Of a DNA stretch of 64,000 bases, positions 17,976 through 26,999 are shown one piece after another. The DNA lies in the NCBI GenBank assembly GCA_050696355.1, contig JBOGVD010000098.1:20494-84493 (forward strand). The letters are read 5' to 3'. The notes beneath the pieces are model-generated. The model saw only the letters and a list, made by a program, of their open reading frames with translations. It was not told the origin of the DNA and did no database searches. The number at the start of each line of letters is the position of its first letter. The first letter of the stretch is position 1. This DNA is from Actinomycetota bacterium. GTDB taxonomy: Bacteria; Actinomycetota; UBA4738; HRBIN12. Position numbers and translations under genes: made by a program.

Positions 17976-18508
17976 GCATCGGAGCGTAGCCGGCGCGGGA
18001 ACGAACCGGTCCCGGGCCGAGGAGCCCGGGACCGAACGTGAAGGGGGGCGCTGGATGGTGAACGGGCGCCGTCAGCGGTGGGAACGATCCCCATGGCCGA
18101 GAGGAGTTCCCCGGCCGGATCCGCGTACGTCGAGCCCTCGCGCACCTTCCCCGAACGCGAGAACCCGCACGGACACGGCCGAGGATGTCCCGACGCCGCC
18201 GGCGGAGACCGAGGTCTCGGCGTCGAGGCCCGTGCGTTTCCGACCGGGCCTCTCCGCTCCGTCCACCATCCAGTCCCCCACACCTCGGAGACGATCGTGG
18301 GATGCCGTCGTCATACGCGGGACCCGCAGGCCCTCGTGTGCCGTGATCGGAACATCACGCATCCGTCGACCGCCTCCTCGAGCGACCGCGCTGGTCGGTC
18401 GACCCGAAGTTCGTGTGTGGAAAACGCACGCTAGCAAACCCTCAACTCTCACTGCAACCTTCGACGGCGAACGTCTGTTCGGGCGGCCTGGACCGCGAGC
18501 GAAGGACT
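17976..18508 (-). promoter_or_regulatory. 533-bp non-coding leader upstream of ksgA-ispE (and 3' of tatD) with a promoter-like element and a strong hairpin
   Basis: No ORF with genomic GC3 bias (the 96-aa ORF MRDVPITAHEG... uses many A/T-ending codons). Minus-strand TTGCAG-N18-TAGCGT sits about 440 nt upstream of the ksgA GTG. An 11-bp GC stem is at 18007-18034. Local GC is lower around 18400-18480. Confidence 0.45.
18007..18034 (-). terminator. GC-rich hairpin (11-bp stem, 6-nt loop) 30-60 nt upstream of the ksgA start; tatD terminator or leader attenuator
   Basis: cggtcccgggc-cgagga-gcccgggaccg. On the minus-strand RNA it is followed by UUCGUUCCC. Confidence 0.4.
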
Positions 18509-19264
18509 CTAGGACAGGCCGGGGAACGCGGCGTTCGCGTTGCGCGCCGTCGCCTCCCCCAACGACCCGGGCTCTTCGTCGCGAACGCGCGCGACCTCCG
18601 CGATCGCGTACACGACGTTCGCCGGTTCGTTATGGGTTCCGCGAAGCGCCTGCGGAGCCAGGAACGGCGCGTCGGTCTCGACGAGCAGCCGGTCGATGTC
18701 CACGGCTCGCGCGGCCTGGCGCAGATGCTCGTTCTTCGGATACGTCACGTTGCCGGCGAAGCTGATCCAGTACCCGCGTTCGGCGCACTCCCGGGCGATC
18801 GATACGTCGCCGCTGAAGCAGTGGATCACGACGCGCTCGGCGGAACCCTCATCCAGCACTCGAAGGACCTCCGCCCAGGCGTCCCTGACGTGGACGACCA
18901 TCGGCTTGCCGGACTCGTTCGACAAGGCGATCTGCAGGTTCAGGGCCCGGACCTGGTCCTCCACGGGTGAACGCATCCGGAAGAAGTCCAGACCGCACTC
19001 CCCGACGGCCACCACCCGGGGGTCGTGGAGGAGCTCCTCGATCCTCGCCCCTGCCGCGGCGTCGAGGAGGTCGGCATCGTGCGGATGCATGCCCGCCGTG
19101 GCGAAGACGCCGGCGATCGAGTCCGCCATCTCGAGCGAGCGGGCGGACGTCGCGGGGTCCACTCCCACGCAGATCAGGCGGTCGACGCCGGCCTCTCGCG
19201 CGGCCTCGACCACGAGTGAAGGTTCCCTGTCCACCAGGAACAGGTGGCAGTGGGTGTCCACCAT
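18509..19264 (-). CDS. tatD: TatD-family metal-dependent hydrolase
   Basis: MVDTHCHLFLV...motifs. The ORF extends to 19303 but the conserved start is the Met before DTHCHL. Confidence 0.88.
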   Translation of the reverse strand: MVDTHCHLFLVDREPSLVVEAAREAGVDRLICVGVDPATSARSLEMADSIAGVFATAGMHPHDADLLDAAAGARIEELLHDPRVVAVGECGLDFFRMRSPVEDQVRALNLQIALSNESGKPMVVHVRDAWAEVLRVLDEGSAERVVIHCFSGDVSIARECAERGYWISFAGNVTYPKNEHLRQAARAVDIDRLLVETDAPFLAPQALRGTHNEPANVVYAIAEVARVRDEEPGSLGEATARNANAAFPGLS

Positions 19265-19396
19265 GCCCGTCTGCACCGGGACTTCAGGGTTCGGCCGCTC
19301 CATCGGCGCCGCATGATAGGCGGTCTCAACTTCCGGTGCATCCGAGGAGATTCACGTGAAACATCGGCGGCGCCGACATCCCGACCCGGCTGCCTC

Positions 19397-20944
19397 TCAG
19401 TCGTCCAACCCGACCCGCGGGAAGAGCCCCTCGCCCTTCGTGGTCCGCGTCCCCGGTGCGATCCGGCCCCAGGCCGCCGCATCCTCGAGCCGCTGCGACT
19501 CGAGGGTTTCCGGCATGCCGAGCTGCGCCCAGAGCCGGCCGGCAGCACTCGGCATGACGCAGGACAGGAGGATCGCGAGGGCGCGAAGGGTCTCCGCGGA
19601 GGCGAAGAGGATCGAGCCCAGCTCGGCACGCCTGGCGTCGTCCTTCGCGAGAGCCCAGGGAGAACGTTCCACCATGTACTGGTTCGCCCGCACCACGATG
19701 TCGTAGACGGCCGCGAGCGCCGCCGTGGGGCGCACGGCGAGCATCTCCTCGTCGTAGAGGCGGGCGGCGTCGGCCACCACCTGGGGCAGATCGGACTCGG
19801 CGCCCTCGACCGTCGGCTCCGGCACGAGCCCGTCGAAGGAGGTCCGGAGCATCGCGAGGACGCGGGAGGCGAGGTTGCCGATCCCGTTCGAGAGCTCCGC
19901 GTTGTGTCGATCGACCATCGATTCGAGCGAGAACGACCCGTCCTGGCCGAACTGGATCTCCCGCAGGAAATACCAGCGATAGGAATCGACCCCGAAGCGA
20001 TCGAGCAGCTCGAAGGGGTGGATCCCGGTGGCGTTCGTCTTCGACATCTTCTTGCCGCCGACCGTGAGGAACCCGTGGGCCCACACCTGCTCCGGCGGCT
20101 CGACTCCGGCGGCCATCAGCATCGCCGGCCAGTAGATCGCGTGCTGGCGGAGGATGTCCTTGCCGATCATGTGGATGTTCGCCGGCCACAGACGCGCGAA
20201 CCGCCCGTCGTCGGCGCCGTAGCCCGCAGCCGTCAGGTAGTTCGTGAGGGCATCGAACCAGACGTAGCACACGTGGTCGGGGTCCCAGGGCAGCGGGATC
20301 CCCCAGTCGAAGTTCGTCCGGCTGATCGAGAAGTCCTGCAGGCCGCCGCGGATCAGCGAGAGCACCTCGTTGCGCCGGATGTCCGGTTCCACGGCGGAGG
20401 GGCGCCGCTCGTAGTGGTCGAGCAGCCGATCCTGGTAGGCCGAGAGACGGAAGAAGTAGTTCTCCTCCTTCACCAGCTCGACCGGGCGCTCGTGGATGGG
20501 ACAGAGCTCGCCCTCGAGGAGATCGGACTCCGCGTAGTACAGCTCGCACGAGACGCAATAGAGGCCCTCGTAGGTATCGAGATAGATGTCGTCCGTGCCG
20601 TTCCGATGCACTTGGTCAAGCAGCTTGACTACGACGTCGCGGTGCCGGGGTTCCGTGGTGCGGATGTAGTCGTCGTAGGCGATGTCCAGCCGCGCCCAGA
20701 CCTCCCGCCAGCGCGGTTCCATGTCGTCGACCCAGCGCTGCGGATCCACCCCCGCCGCTTCCGCCGCGCGTTGGAGCTTGAGGCCGTGCTCGTCGGTCCC
20801 GGTGAGGTGGAAGACCTCCTCCCCCCGCAGGCGGTGGTGCCGGGCGATCACGTCCGCGGCCACGGCATCGTAGGCGTGCCCGATGTGGGGCACGTCGTTC
20901 GGGTAGTAGATCGGCGTGGTGAGGTAGAAGACGTCCCGGCCCAT
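19397..20944 (-). CDS. metG: Methionyl-tRNA synthetase (short form)
   Basis: 515 aa. TTPIYYPNDVPHIGHAY (HIGH motif) and KMSKTNA (KMSKS motif). Confidence 0.93.
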   Translation of the reverse strand: MGRDVFYLTTPIYYPNDVPHIGHAYDAVAADVIARHHRLRGEEVFHLTGTDEHGLKLQRAAEAAGVDPQRWVDDMEPRWREVWARLDIAYDDYIRTTEPRHRDVVVKLLDQVHRNGTDDIYLDTYEGLYCVSCELYYAESDLLEGELCPIHERPVELVKEENYFFRLSAYQDRLLDHYERRPSAVEPDIRRNEVLSLIRGGLQDFSISRTNFDWGIPLPWDPDHVCYVWFDALTNYLTAAGYGADDGRFARLWPANIHMIGKDILRQHAIYWPAMLMAAGVEPPEQVWAHGFLTVGGKKMSKTNATGIHPFELLDRFGVDSYRWYFLREIQFGQDGSFSLESMVDRHNAELSNGIGNLASRVLAMLRTSFDGLVPEPTVEGAESDLPQVVADAARLYDEEMLAVRPTAALAAVYDIVVRANQYMVERSPWALAKDDARRAELGSILFASAETLRALAILLSCVMPSAAGRLWAQLGMPETLESQRLEDAAAWGRIAPGTRTTKGEGLFPRVGLDD

Positions 20945-20994
20945 GGCCGGTCATCGTACCCGCGAGGTCATCGGCCTCCGCCGGACCAGCGAGC

Positions 20995-21870
20995 TCAGTC
21001 GAGGCAGCCGGCATCCATCCCGACGCGGCGGAGCCCCTCGAGATCGCCGGCCCCGTAGTCACGCAGCCCGAAGTTGGGGTGTCGGCCCGCGTACATGAGC
21101 TGGTCGGGATCCTCCACGTGGTCGAGCCCCATGATGTGCCCGAGCTCGTGGAGCAGGACCGAACCGTGGGCATAGCGGTAGCCGAAGCCGCGGCCCGCGG
21201 TGGCGTCGGCATCCATCACGATGATCCCTCCGAAGTACTCGTCGCGGTCCGCGTAGAGGCCGGCCATGGTCTTCGCGAACGCGATCGACGGTCGCGGGTC
21301 GCGGAGGCTCCGGAGGATCTGCTCGTAGTCCTCGTGGTCGACCCAGATCACCAGGAGCTCCGCCCTGCGGATCACGCTCGCGTAGCGCATCCGTTGGTAG
21401 GCACGCAGGAACGTCTCCTCCGTGGTGCCGGCCGGCTCGAACTCGATGCCGGTCGCGCGGGTGACGCGACGAAGCGCCTCGCGGAGGTCGCCATGCACCG
21501 GCGAGGAGGCGCCCGCGGCGTTCACCGCGTACGAGATCGACTGGCAAGGGTCCCACCGGACGGGGTTGCCGGCCACGCGGCTCAGGAACTTGAAGGCGCC
21601 GTCGACCCTCGTTCGCGGCGGGAGCGAGGTCGAGGGCGAAGGGGACGAGGTGCCGCTCGTCGTCGGGCTCGGGGACGAGGTCGGCGACGGAGCGGCCGCT
21701 TCGGGCGACGACGACGACCCGCGCAGGACCGACGCGATCGCGAGGCCCCCGAGGACCACCGCCAGGAGGCACGTGATGACGAACGCAGCCACCAGCGGGG
21801 CACGCGAGGGCTCGGAGTGGTCCGGGCGAGGGGGTACCCGGTTCGGGTCGAAGGGCGGCACCGGGGACAT
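20995..21870 (-). CDS. Membrane-anchored metzincin zinc metalloprotease with a Pro/Ser/Thr-rich linker
   Basis: 291 aa. One N-terminal TM helix, a PST-rich low-complexity stretch, then HELGHIMGLDH (HExxHxxGxxH) and a Met-turn-like LMY. Confidence 0.7.
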   Translation of the reverse strand: MSPVPPFDPNRVPPRPDHSEPSRAPLVAAFVITCLLAVVLGGLAIASVLRGSSSSPEAAAPSPTSSPSPTTSGTSSPSPSTSLPPRTRVDGAFKFLSRVAGNPVRWDPCQSISYAVNAAGASSPVHGDLREALRRVTRATGIEFEPAGTTEETFLRAYQRMRYASVIRRAELLVIWVDHEDYEQILRSLRDPRPSIAFAKTMAGLYADRDEYFGGIIVMDADATAGRGFGYRYAHGSVLLHELGHIMGLDHVEDPDQLMYAGRHPNFGLRDYGAGDLEGLRRVGMDAGCLD

Positions 21871-21927
21871 GGGCGGAAGTGTAGGGAAGGCGCAACGCGA
21901 CGAGAAGCGTCTCGGCGCGCTGCGCGA

Positions 21928-22749
21928 TCACCCCTCCGCGATCGCCGCCCGGTAGAGCTCGTTGGCGCCCACGCCGTGGCGCGCCGCGACCTCGCGAGCC
22001 GCCTCCCGCATGCGCATGCCCTCGCCGACCAGCCCCTGGACCTCGGCGAGGAGGGCAGCCGCGTCGTGCGGAACCGGGTCGTGCTCCCCCTCGACCACGA
22101 GGACGATCTCGCCCTTGAGCGGTCCCTCCCCGAGCCGGGCGAGCACCTCGCCGGAGCGGCCACGGACGACCTCCTCGTGGAGCTTCGTGAGCTCCCGGCA
22201 GAGGGCCACGCGCCGGTCGCCGACCGTGGTCACGATCTCGCGGAGCAGCGTGTGCACGCGTCTCGGCGATTCGTAGAAGACCATCGTCCGGGGCTCGTGG
22301 CGCAGCGCCTGCAGGCGGCGGGCGCGATCACCGGGGCGACGCGGCAGGAATCCCTCGAAGGCGAACCGATCCGTCGGCAGCCCGGACAGGACGAGGGCGG
22401 CGATCGCGGCCGACGGTCCCGGCACCACGCGCACGTCGATCCCTCGATCCACCGCGAGCCGGACGAGCCGGTAGCCCGGATCGGAGATGCTCGGCATGCC
22501 ACCGTCGGTGACGACCGCCACGTCGTCACCGCCGACGAGCCGTTGGACGATCTCGATCGCCCGTGCCTCCTCGTTGCCCTCGAACATCGAGATGAGCGGC
22601 GTCCGGATGCCGAGCCCTCGGAGGAGCCGGCCGGTGCGGCGCGTGTCCTCCGCCGCGACGAGGGCCACCGATCCGAGCGTCTCGCGCGCTCGGTCCGACA
22701 GATCGCCGAGGTTGCCGATCGGCGTGCCGACGAGATGGAGGATCCCCAC
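21928..22749 (-). CDS. rsmI: 16S rRNA (cytidine1402-2'-O)-methyltransferase
   Basis: 273 aa tetrapyrrole-methylase fold: MGILHLVGTPIGNLGDLSDRARETL...AAEDTR. Confidence 0.9.
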   Translation of the reverse strand: MGILHLVGTPIGNLGDLSDRARETLGSVALVAAEDTRRTGRLLRGLGIRTPLISMFEGNEEARAIEIVQRLVGGDDVAVVTDGGMPSISDPGYRLVRLAVDRGIDVRVVPGPSAAIAALVLSGLPTDRFAFEGFLPRRPGDRARRLQALRHEPRTMVFYESPRRVHTLLREIVTTVGDRRVALCRELTKLHEEVVRGRSGEVLARLGEGPLKGEIVLVVEGEHDPVPHDAAALLAEVQGLVGEGMRMREAAREVAARHGVGANELYRAAIAEG

Positions 22750-22819
22750 GAGCCGATGCTCCCAGGTCCCGATGCTCCCAGGTCATCGTCGGCGCCGTGC
22801 TCCCCCTACGATGGGCCGA

Positions 22820-23241
22820 TGGCGCAGCCGCACAAGGACTACACGGGCACGCCGCTGCCGAAGAAGCTCGGGGTCCGCGAGGGCGCGCGGATCTACGTCG
22901 CAGGCTCGCCCGAGGGCTTCGACGACGCCCTCGTCCCCCTGCCCGGTGGCGTCCGACGCCTCGGGCGTGCCGACTCGGCGATGGACGTCGTCCTCTTCTT
23001 CGTCACCGCGGAGCGGGATCTCCTCGCCCGGTTCGCGAAGCTCGCCGCCGGGCTCGCCCCGGCGGGGCGCCTGTGGGTCGCCTGGCCGAAGAAGGGATCC
23101 GGGATCCCGACCGACCTCGATTTCGACGCGGTCCAGCGGAGCGGCCTGGACACCGGGCTGGTCGACAACAAGAGCGCCTCGATCACGGAGGCGTTCCAGG
23201 GGCTGCAGTTCGTCGTTCGCATGAAGGACCGGGCCCGCTGA
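22820..23241 (+). CDS. Conserved hypothetical protein (DUF3052-like, ~140 aa)
   Basis: MAQPHKDYTGTPLPKKLGVREGARIYVAGSPEGFDDALVPLPGG...; good codon bias. Sits between rsmI and pmt. The family name is from memory, not verified. Confidence 0.55.
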
Positions 23242-23279
23242 GGAGGGCCGTCGCAGGACCGCTGGGTACGCTGGCGCGA

Positions 23280-24797
23280 GTGGCCGACCACCGCGCCGAA
23301 CCCTCCGTGGCTCGCCGGCTCGATCGTCCCTGGGTGGCGATCCTCACCGTCACGGCGATCGCGGCCGTGGTCCGGCTGTGGGGTCTGTCGAACCCGCCGA
23401 TGCTCGTGTTCGACGAGAACTACTACGCGAAGGCGGCGTGCATCTTCGTTGGCGGCTCGGACGAGGTCTGCAGGATCGAATCCCCGAACGAACGCACCTT
23501 CCGCGAGCAGGAGTGGGACGTGGGTTCGTTCGTCCATCCCCCGCTCGGCAAGTGGACGATCGCGCTCGGCATCAAGGCGTTCGGGATGGATCCGTTCGGA
23601 TGGCGGATCGGTTCGGCCGTCGCGGGCACGCTCGCGGTGACGGGCGTCGCGCTGATCGCGCAGCTGCTGTTCGGTCGACCCCTGTGGACGTTCCTCGCGG
23701 GCCTGCTGCTCGCCCTCGAGCATCTGAGCGTGGTGCTCTCGCGGCAGGCCCTGCTGGACATCCATGTCCAGCTCTGGATCGTGATCGGCTTCCTCTGCCT
23801 GGTGCTCGACCGGCGATGGATCGACCTCCGGACGCGCCGCGGGCCGCCCTCCGAGGCCCCCGGCGAGCGCGTCGTGCCGTCACCGCTGTGGCGACCGTGG
23901 CGCTACGCGGCGGGGATCGCCCTCGGGGGCGCCGTCGCGGTCAAGTGGTCGGGCGGCCTCGGGTTGCTGACCGCGGTCGTGGTGTCGCTGCTCTGGGAGA
24001 CGTCCCGCCGCCGCGGGGGCGGGGTCCGCCCCGCCCGCGCGTTCGGGCGCGCGCTCGCGCAGGAGAGCTTCGCGCTGGTGGTCGCGTTCGTCGTGCTGCC
24101 CGTCGTCGTCTACGTCCTCACGTACCTGCCGTGGCTGCACCACTTCGACTGGAAGGTCGGCGAGTTCGTCGACCAACAGATCCGGGTCGCGCGGTATCAC
24201 CTGTTCGAGCTGAAGACGCTCGCCACGGATCCGGATACGGGATCCCTCACCCCCACCCACTACGCGTACTCGCGTCCGTGGACGTGGCTCGTGATGACGA
24301 GGCCGGTCCCGCTCACGTGGGAGGACCTCGGGCCGTCGATCCGGCAACTGCTCGCGATCGGCAACCCGGTTGTGTTCTGGGGGAGCATCTGGACGTTGCC
24401 GTACCTCGCCGTCTCCTGGTGGCGGAAGCATGACTGGGTGGCCGGGTTCTTCCTCCTGGCGGTCCTCCTGCAGTACGTGCCCTGGCTGCTCGCGGCGCGG
24501 CCGCAGTTCTTCTTCTACGTCGCGCCGTTCACGCCCTTCCTGGTGCTGGCGCTCGTGTACCTGCTCCGCGATCTTTCGGACGCGAGGCTGATCGTCCGCG
24601 ACGAGGGCGGGGCCGTGGCGACCGATCCCGCGACGGGGAAGCCCGCGGTCTCCGTGTGGCACCCCTACCGGCCGGTCGCGTGGGCCGTGGCGATCGGGGC
24701 GGTCGGCCTGTTCGCCTGGTTCTGGCCGGTCCTGACCTGGATGACGATCTCGGATGCCCACCACAGGCTGATCGTGTGGTTCCCCGGCTGGAACTAG
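23280..24797 (+). CDS. pmt: Dolichyl-phosphate-mannose protein O-mannosyltransferase (PMT family)
   Basis: Multi-TM protein with a loop-1 VFDENYY motif (DE), adjacent to rsmI as in mycobacteria. The in-frame ORF from 22797 is an artefactual N-extension; GTG at 23280 or 23307 is the likely start. Confidence 0.85.
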   Translation: MADHRAEPSVARRLDRPWVAILTVTAIAAVVRLWGLSNPPMLVFDENYYAKAACIFVGGSDEVCRIESPNERTFREQEWDVGSFVHPPLGKWTIALGIKAFGMDPFGWRIGSAVAGTLAVTGVALIAQLLFGRPLWTFLAGLLLALEHLSVVLSRQALLDIHVQLWIVIGFLCLVLDRRWIDLRTRRGPPSEAPGERVVPSPLWRPWRYAAGIALGGAVAVKWSGGLGLLTAVVVSLLWETSRRRGGGVRPARAFGRALAQESFALVVAFVVLPVVVYVLTYLPWLHHFDWKVGEFVDQQIRVARYHLFELKTLATDPDTGSLTPTHYAYSRPWTWLVMTRPVPLTWEDLGPSIRQLLAIGNPVVFWGSIWTLPYLAVSWWRKHDWVAGFFLLAVLLQYVPWLLAARPQFFFYVAPFTPFLVLALVYLLRDLSDARLIVRDEGGAVATDPATGKPAVSVWHPYRPVAWAVAIGAVGLFAWFWPVLTWMTISDAHHRLIVWFPGWN

Positions 24798-24961
24798 CGA
24801 CGCGCCGGGGCCGATCGGCACACGGGCGCGGAGAGGTCCGGAGGAGAAGAAGGGTCCGGAAACACGAAACCCCGGCACGCAGCCGGGGGATCGGTCTTGT
24901 CTCGGATATCCGAAGCACACATCATACCTCATCCCGCGCCTTCCTGAGCGGGCCCTCGAGA

Positions 24962-25747
24962 TCAGAAGCCGGGCAGGGAATCTCGGAACAGGACGAACCC
25001 GATCCCAGCGCCCACGTCGAGGAGGACGTGGGCGACCACGAACGGCCACGTGCGCCGGCCCCAGCGAAGGAACAGGACGCCGAAGAGCGCTCCCATCGCC
25101 ACGTTGCCCGCGAACCCGCCCCAGCCCTGATACAGGTGGTACGAGCCCCGGAGCAGGGCGCTCGCCCCGATCGCCGCCGTCGGCGACCAGGCGAGCTGCT
25201 GGAGCCTCGTGACGAGGTACCCGAGGACGATCACCTCCTCGACGAGGCCGGCCTCCACCGCGTTCAGGACGAGCGCGGGGACGGTCCACCAGTGCCCGAG
25301 CGGCGGCGTCGGGACGACGAAGCGGTTCACGCCGAGCTCCACGGCCGCCAGGTAGACGCCGATGCCCGCGATGCCGACAGCCGCGAACAGGACGACCCCG
25401 CGTGCGACATCGCGAGCGGGGTGATCCGCTCCGAGGCCGACGACGCCCACCCCTTCGCCGCTGCGGCGGACGAGATGGAGCACGAGCAGCGCGGGCGCGA
25501 GCCCGAACACGAACCCGAGGAGCTGCCGCACGAACGCGCTCGACTGATCGGCGGCCGCCACGACGACGCCCGCGATCGGAGCCTCCAGGAGCGAGAGGAT
25601 CGCGAACGCCGCGCGGGCGAGCACCGACAGCGACAGGACGACGAGAACCTCCTCGACGAGCGTCCGGCGATCGGCGGGCGGCGCCGGGACCGACGCCTCG
25701 CGTGACGGGCTGTCCGTATCCGGCGACATCGGAGCCACTGTACGCAT
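24962..25747 (-). CDS. CPBP-family intramembrane metalloprotease (CAAX protease / Abi-like)
   Basis: 261 aa, multiple TM helices. EEVIVLGYLVTRL (EExxxR) and HxxxN-type motifs. Confidence 0.75.
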   Translation of the reverse strand: MRTVAPMSPDTDSPSREASVPAPPADRRTLVEEVLVVLSLSVLARAAFAILSLLEAPIAGVVVAAADQSSAFVRQLLGFVFGLAPALLVLHLVRRSGEGVGVVGLGADHPARDVARGVVLFAAVGIAGIGVYLAAVELGVNRFVVPTPPLGHWWTVPALVLNAVEAGLVEEVIVLGYLVTRLQQLAWSPTAAIGASALLRGSYHLYQGWGGFAGNVAMGALFGVLFLRWGRRTWPFVVAHVLLDVGAGIGFVLFRDSLPGF

Positions 25748-25783
25748 CGCCTAGACTTCGGCCTCCTCGAGCCGGGAGGACGG

Positions 25784-26992
25784 ATGGCGAACCGAGACAC
25801 CGCCGACCTCGTCGTCGTCGGCGCGGGCACGATCGGTGGCTGGGCCTCGGTCTTCGCGAAGGAACTCGGCGCGGGACGTGTCGTGGTCCTGGAGCAAGGG
25901 GAAGCCGGAAAGGGCGCGTCCTCACGCGCGGCGGGCATCGTGCGGGCCCAGGGCGGGACCCCGGAAACCGTCGCGCTCGGGCGATGGTCGATCGACTTCT
26001 ACCGCTCCCAACGGGAACGCTTCGGGACCGACAGCGGCTTCCGCGAGCTGGGGTACCTGATCCTCGCCACCGATGAGGCCCAGGAGCGCGAAGCGATCGC
26101 GCGCGTGGGGATGCAGCGCGCGGCCGGACTCGCCCACGTCCGCTACGTGGATGCCGCCGAGGCCGCGCGCCTGAACCCGACCCTGGACCCGGCGACGATC
26201 CGAGGCGGGACCTACGCGCCGGGCGACGGATGCATCGACCCGCCGAGGAACGTCCGCGCGTACTCCCTGGCGATGCAGCGGGTCGGGGTCGACCTCCGCG
26301 AGCGGACGCCGTTCCTCGGGATCCGAACGGGTGGCGACGGCGGTCTGGTCGGTGTCGAGACGCCGGATGGCGCGATCGCGACCGAGCGGGTGCTGCTGAC
26401 CGGCGGACCCACCCTCCGCGAGGTTGGCCGGCTCGTCGGAGCGCGGTTCTTCGTCGGCGCGGTGCGGCACCAGGTCGCCGTCACCGAGCCGCACGAGGCT
26501 TTCGACGTCGGGATCCAACCGATGGTCTTCGAGAACGCGATCGGCCTGTACTGGCGCCTGGAGGAGGGCGGCCTCCTGTTCGGGATGTCGAACCCGGACG
26601 AGGCGCCGGGACCGGCGACGGAGATCGACTGGCCGTACCTCCACGAGATGCAGGGGCGGATGCACCGGTACGTCCCCGTCGCGAAGGACCTCGCGTTGCG
26701 CAAGGCATGGGCGGCGACCATCGAGTATTGCCCGGACCACCTTCCGGTGATCGGCGCGGTCTCCACGACCGCGAACGAGGCCATGCCCGGCGTCTCGGTC
26801 GCCACGGCCGTGGGGCACGGGATGATGTGGGGTCCGGGCGTGGCGAAGATCGGTGCCGATCTCGCGCTCGAGGGAGCGACCGGCGTCGCCGACGTGTCCG
26901 GCTGGACGATGGATCGCTTCGACGACGAGGGTCGATCGCCGTCGTACGACCCGATCGCGCTCCCGTTCCCGGTCCGCGCGGACGAGGAGTAG
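25784..26992 (+). CDS. FAD-dependent oxidoreductase (DAO family; sarcosine oxidase beta / D-amino-acid dehydrogenase-like)
   Basis: 402 aa. N-terminal Rossmann motif VVVGAGTIGGWASVF. DAO-family length and layout. Confidence 0.75.
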   Translation: MANRDTADLVVVGAGTIGGWASVFAKELGAGRVVVLEQGEAGKGASSRAAGIVRAQGGTPETVALGRWSIDFYRSQRERFGTDSGFRELGYLILATDEAQEREAIARVGMQRAAGLAHVRYVDAAEAARLNPTLDPATIRGGTYAPGDGCIDPPRNVRAYSLAMQRVGVDLRERTPFLGIRTGGDGGLVGVETPDGAIATERVLLTGGPTLREVGRLVGARFFVGAVRHQVAVTEPHEAFDVGIQPMVFENAIGLYWRLEEGGLLFGMSNPDEAPGPATEIDWPYLHEMQGRMHRYVPVAKDLALRKAWAATIEYCPDHLPVIGAVSTTANEAMPGVSVATAVGHGMMWGPGVAKIGADLALEGATGVADVSGWTMDRFDDEGRSPSYDPIALPFPVRADEE

Positions 26993-26999
26993 CCGCGCG

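Noticed and set aside
18072-18452. Possible small protein (96-126 aa, MRDVPITAHEG...) in the ksgA leader with a GGAGG 10 nt upstream
   Set aside because: Codon usage is rich in A/T-ending codons (cgt, gat, gtt, aaa, gta, act), unlike all confident genes here. No hydrophobic core or motif. Treated as non-coding leader.
22797-23279. N-terminal 160 aa of the 666-aa ORF annotated in the track as the start of pmt
   Set aside because: Arg-rich junk that overlaps the well-formed DUF3052-like gene (22820-23241) in another frame. A GTG at 23280/23307 immediately precedes the first Pmt TM helix.
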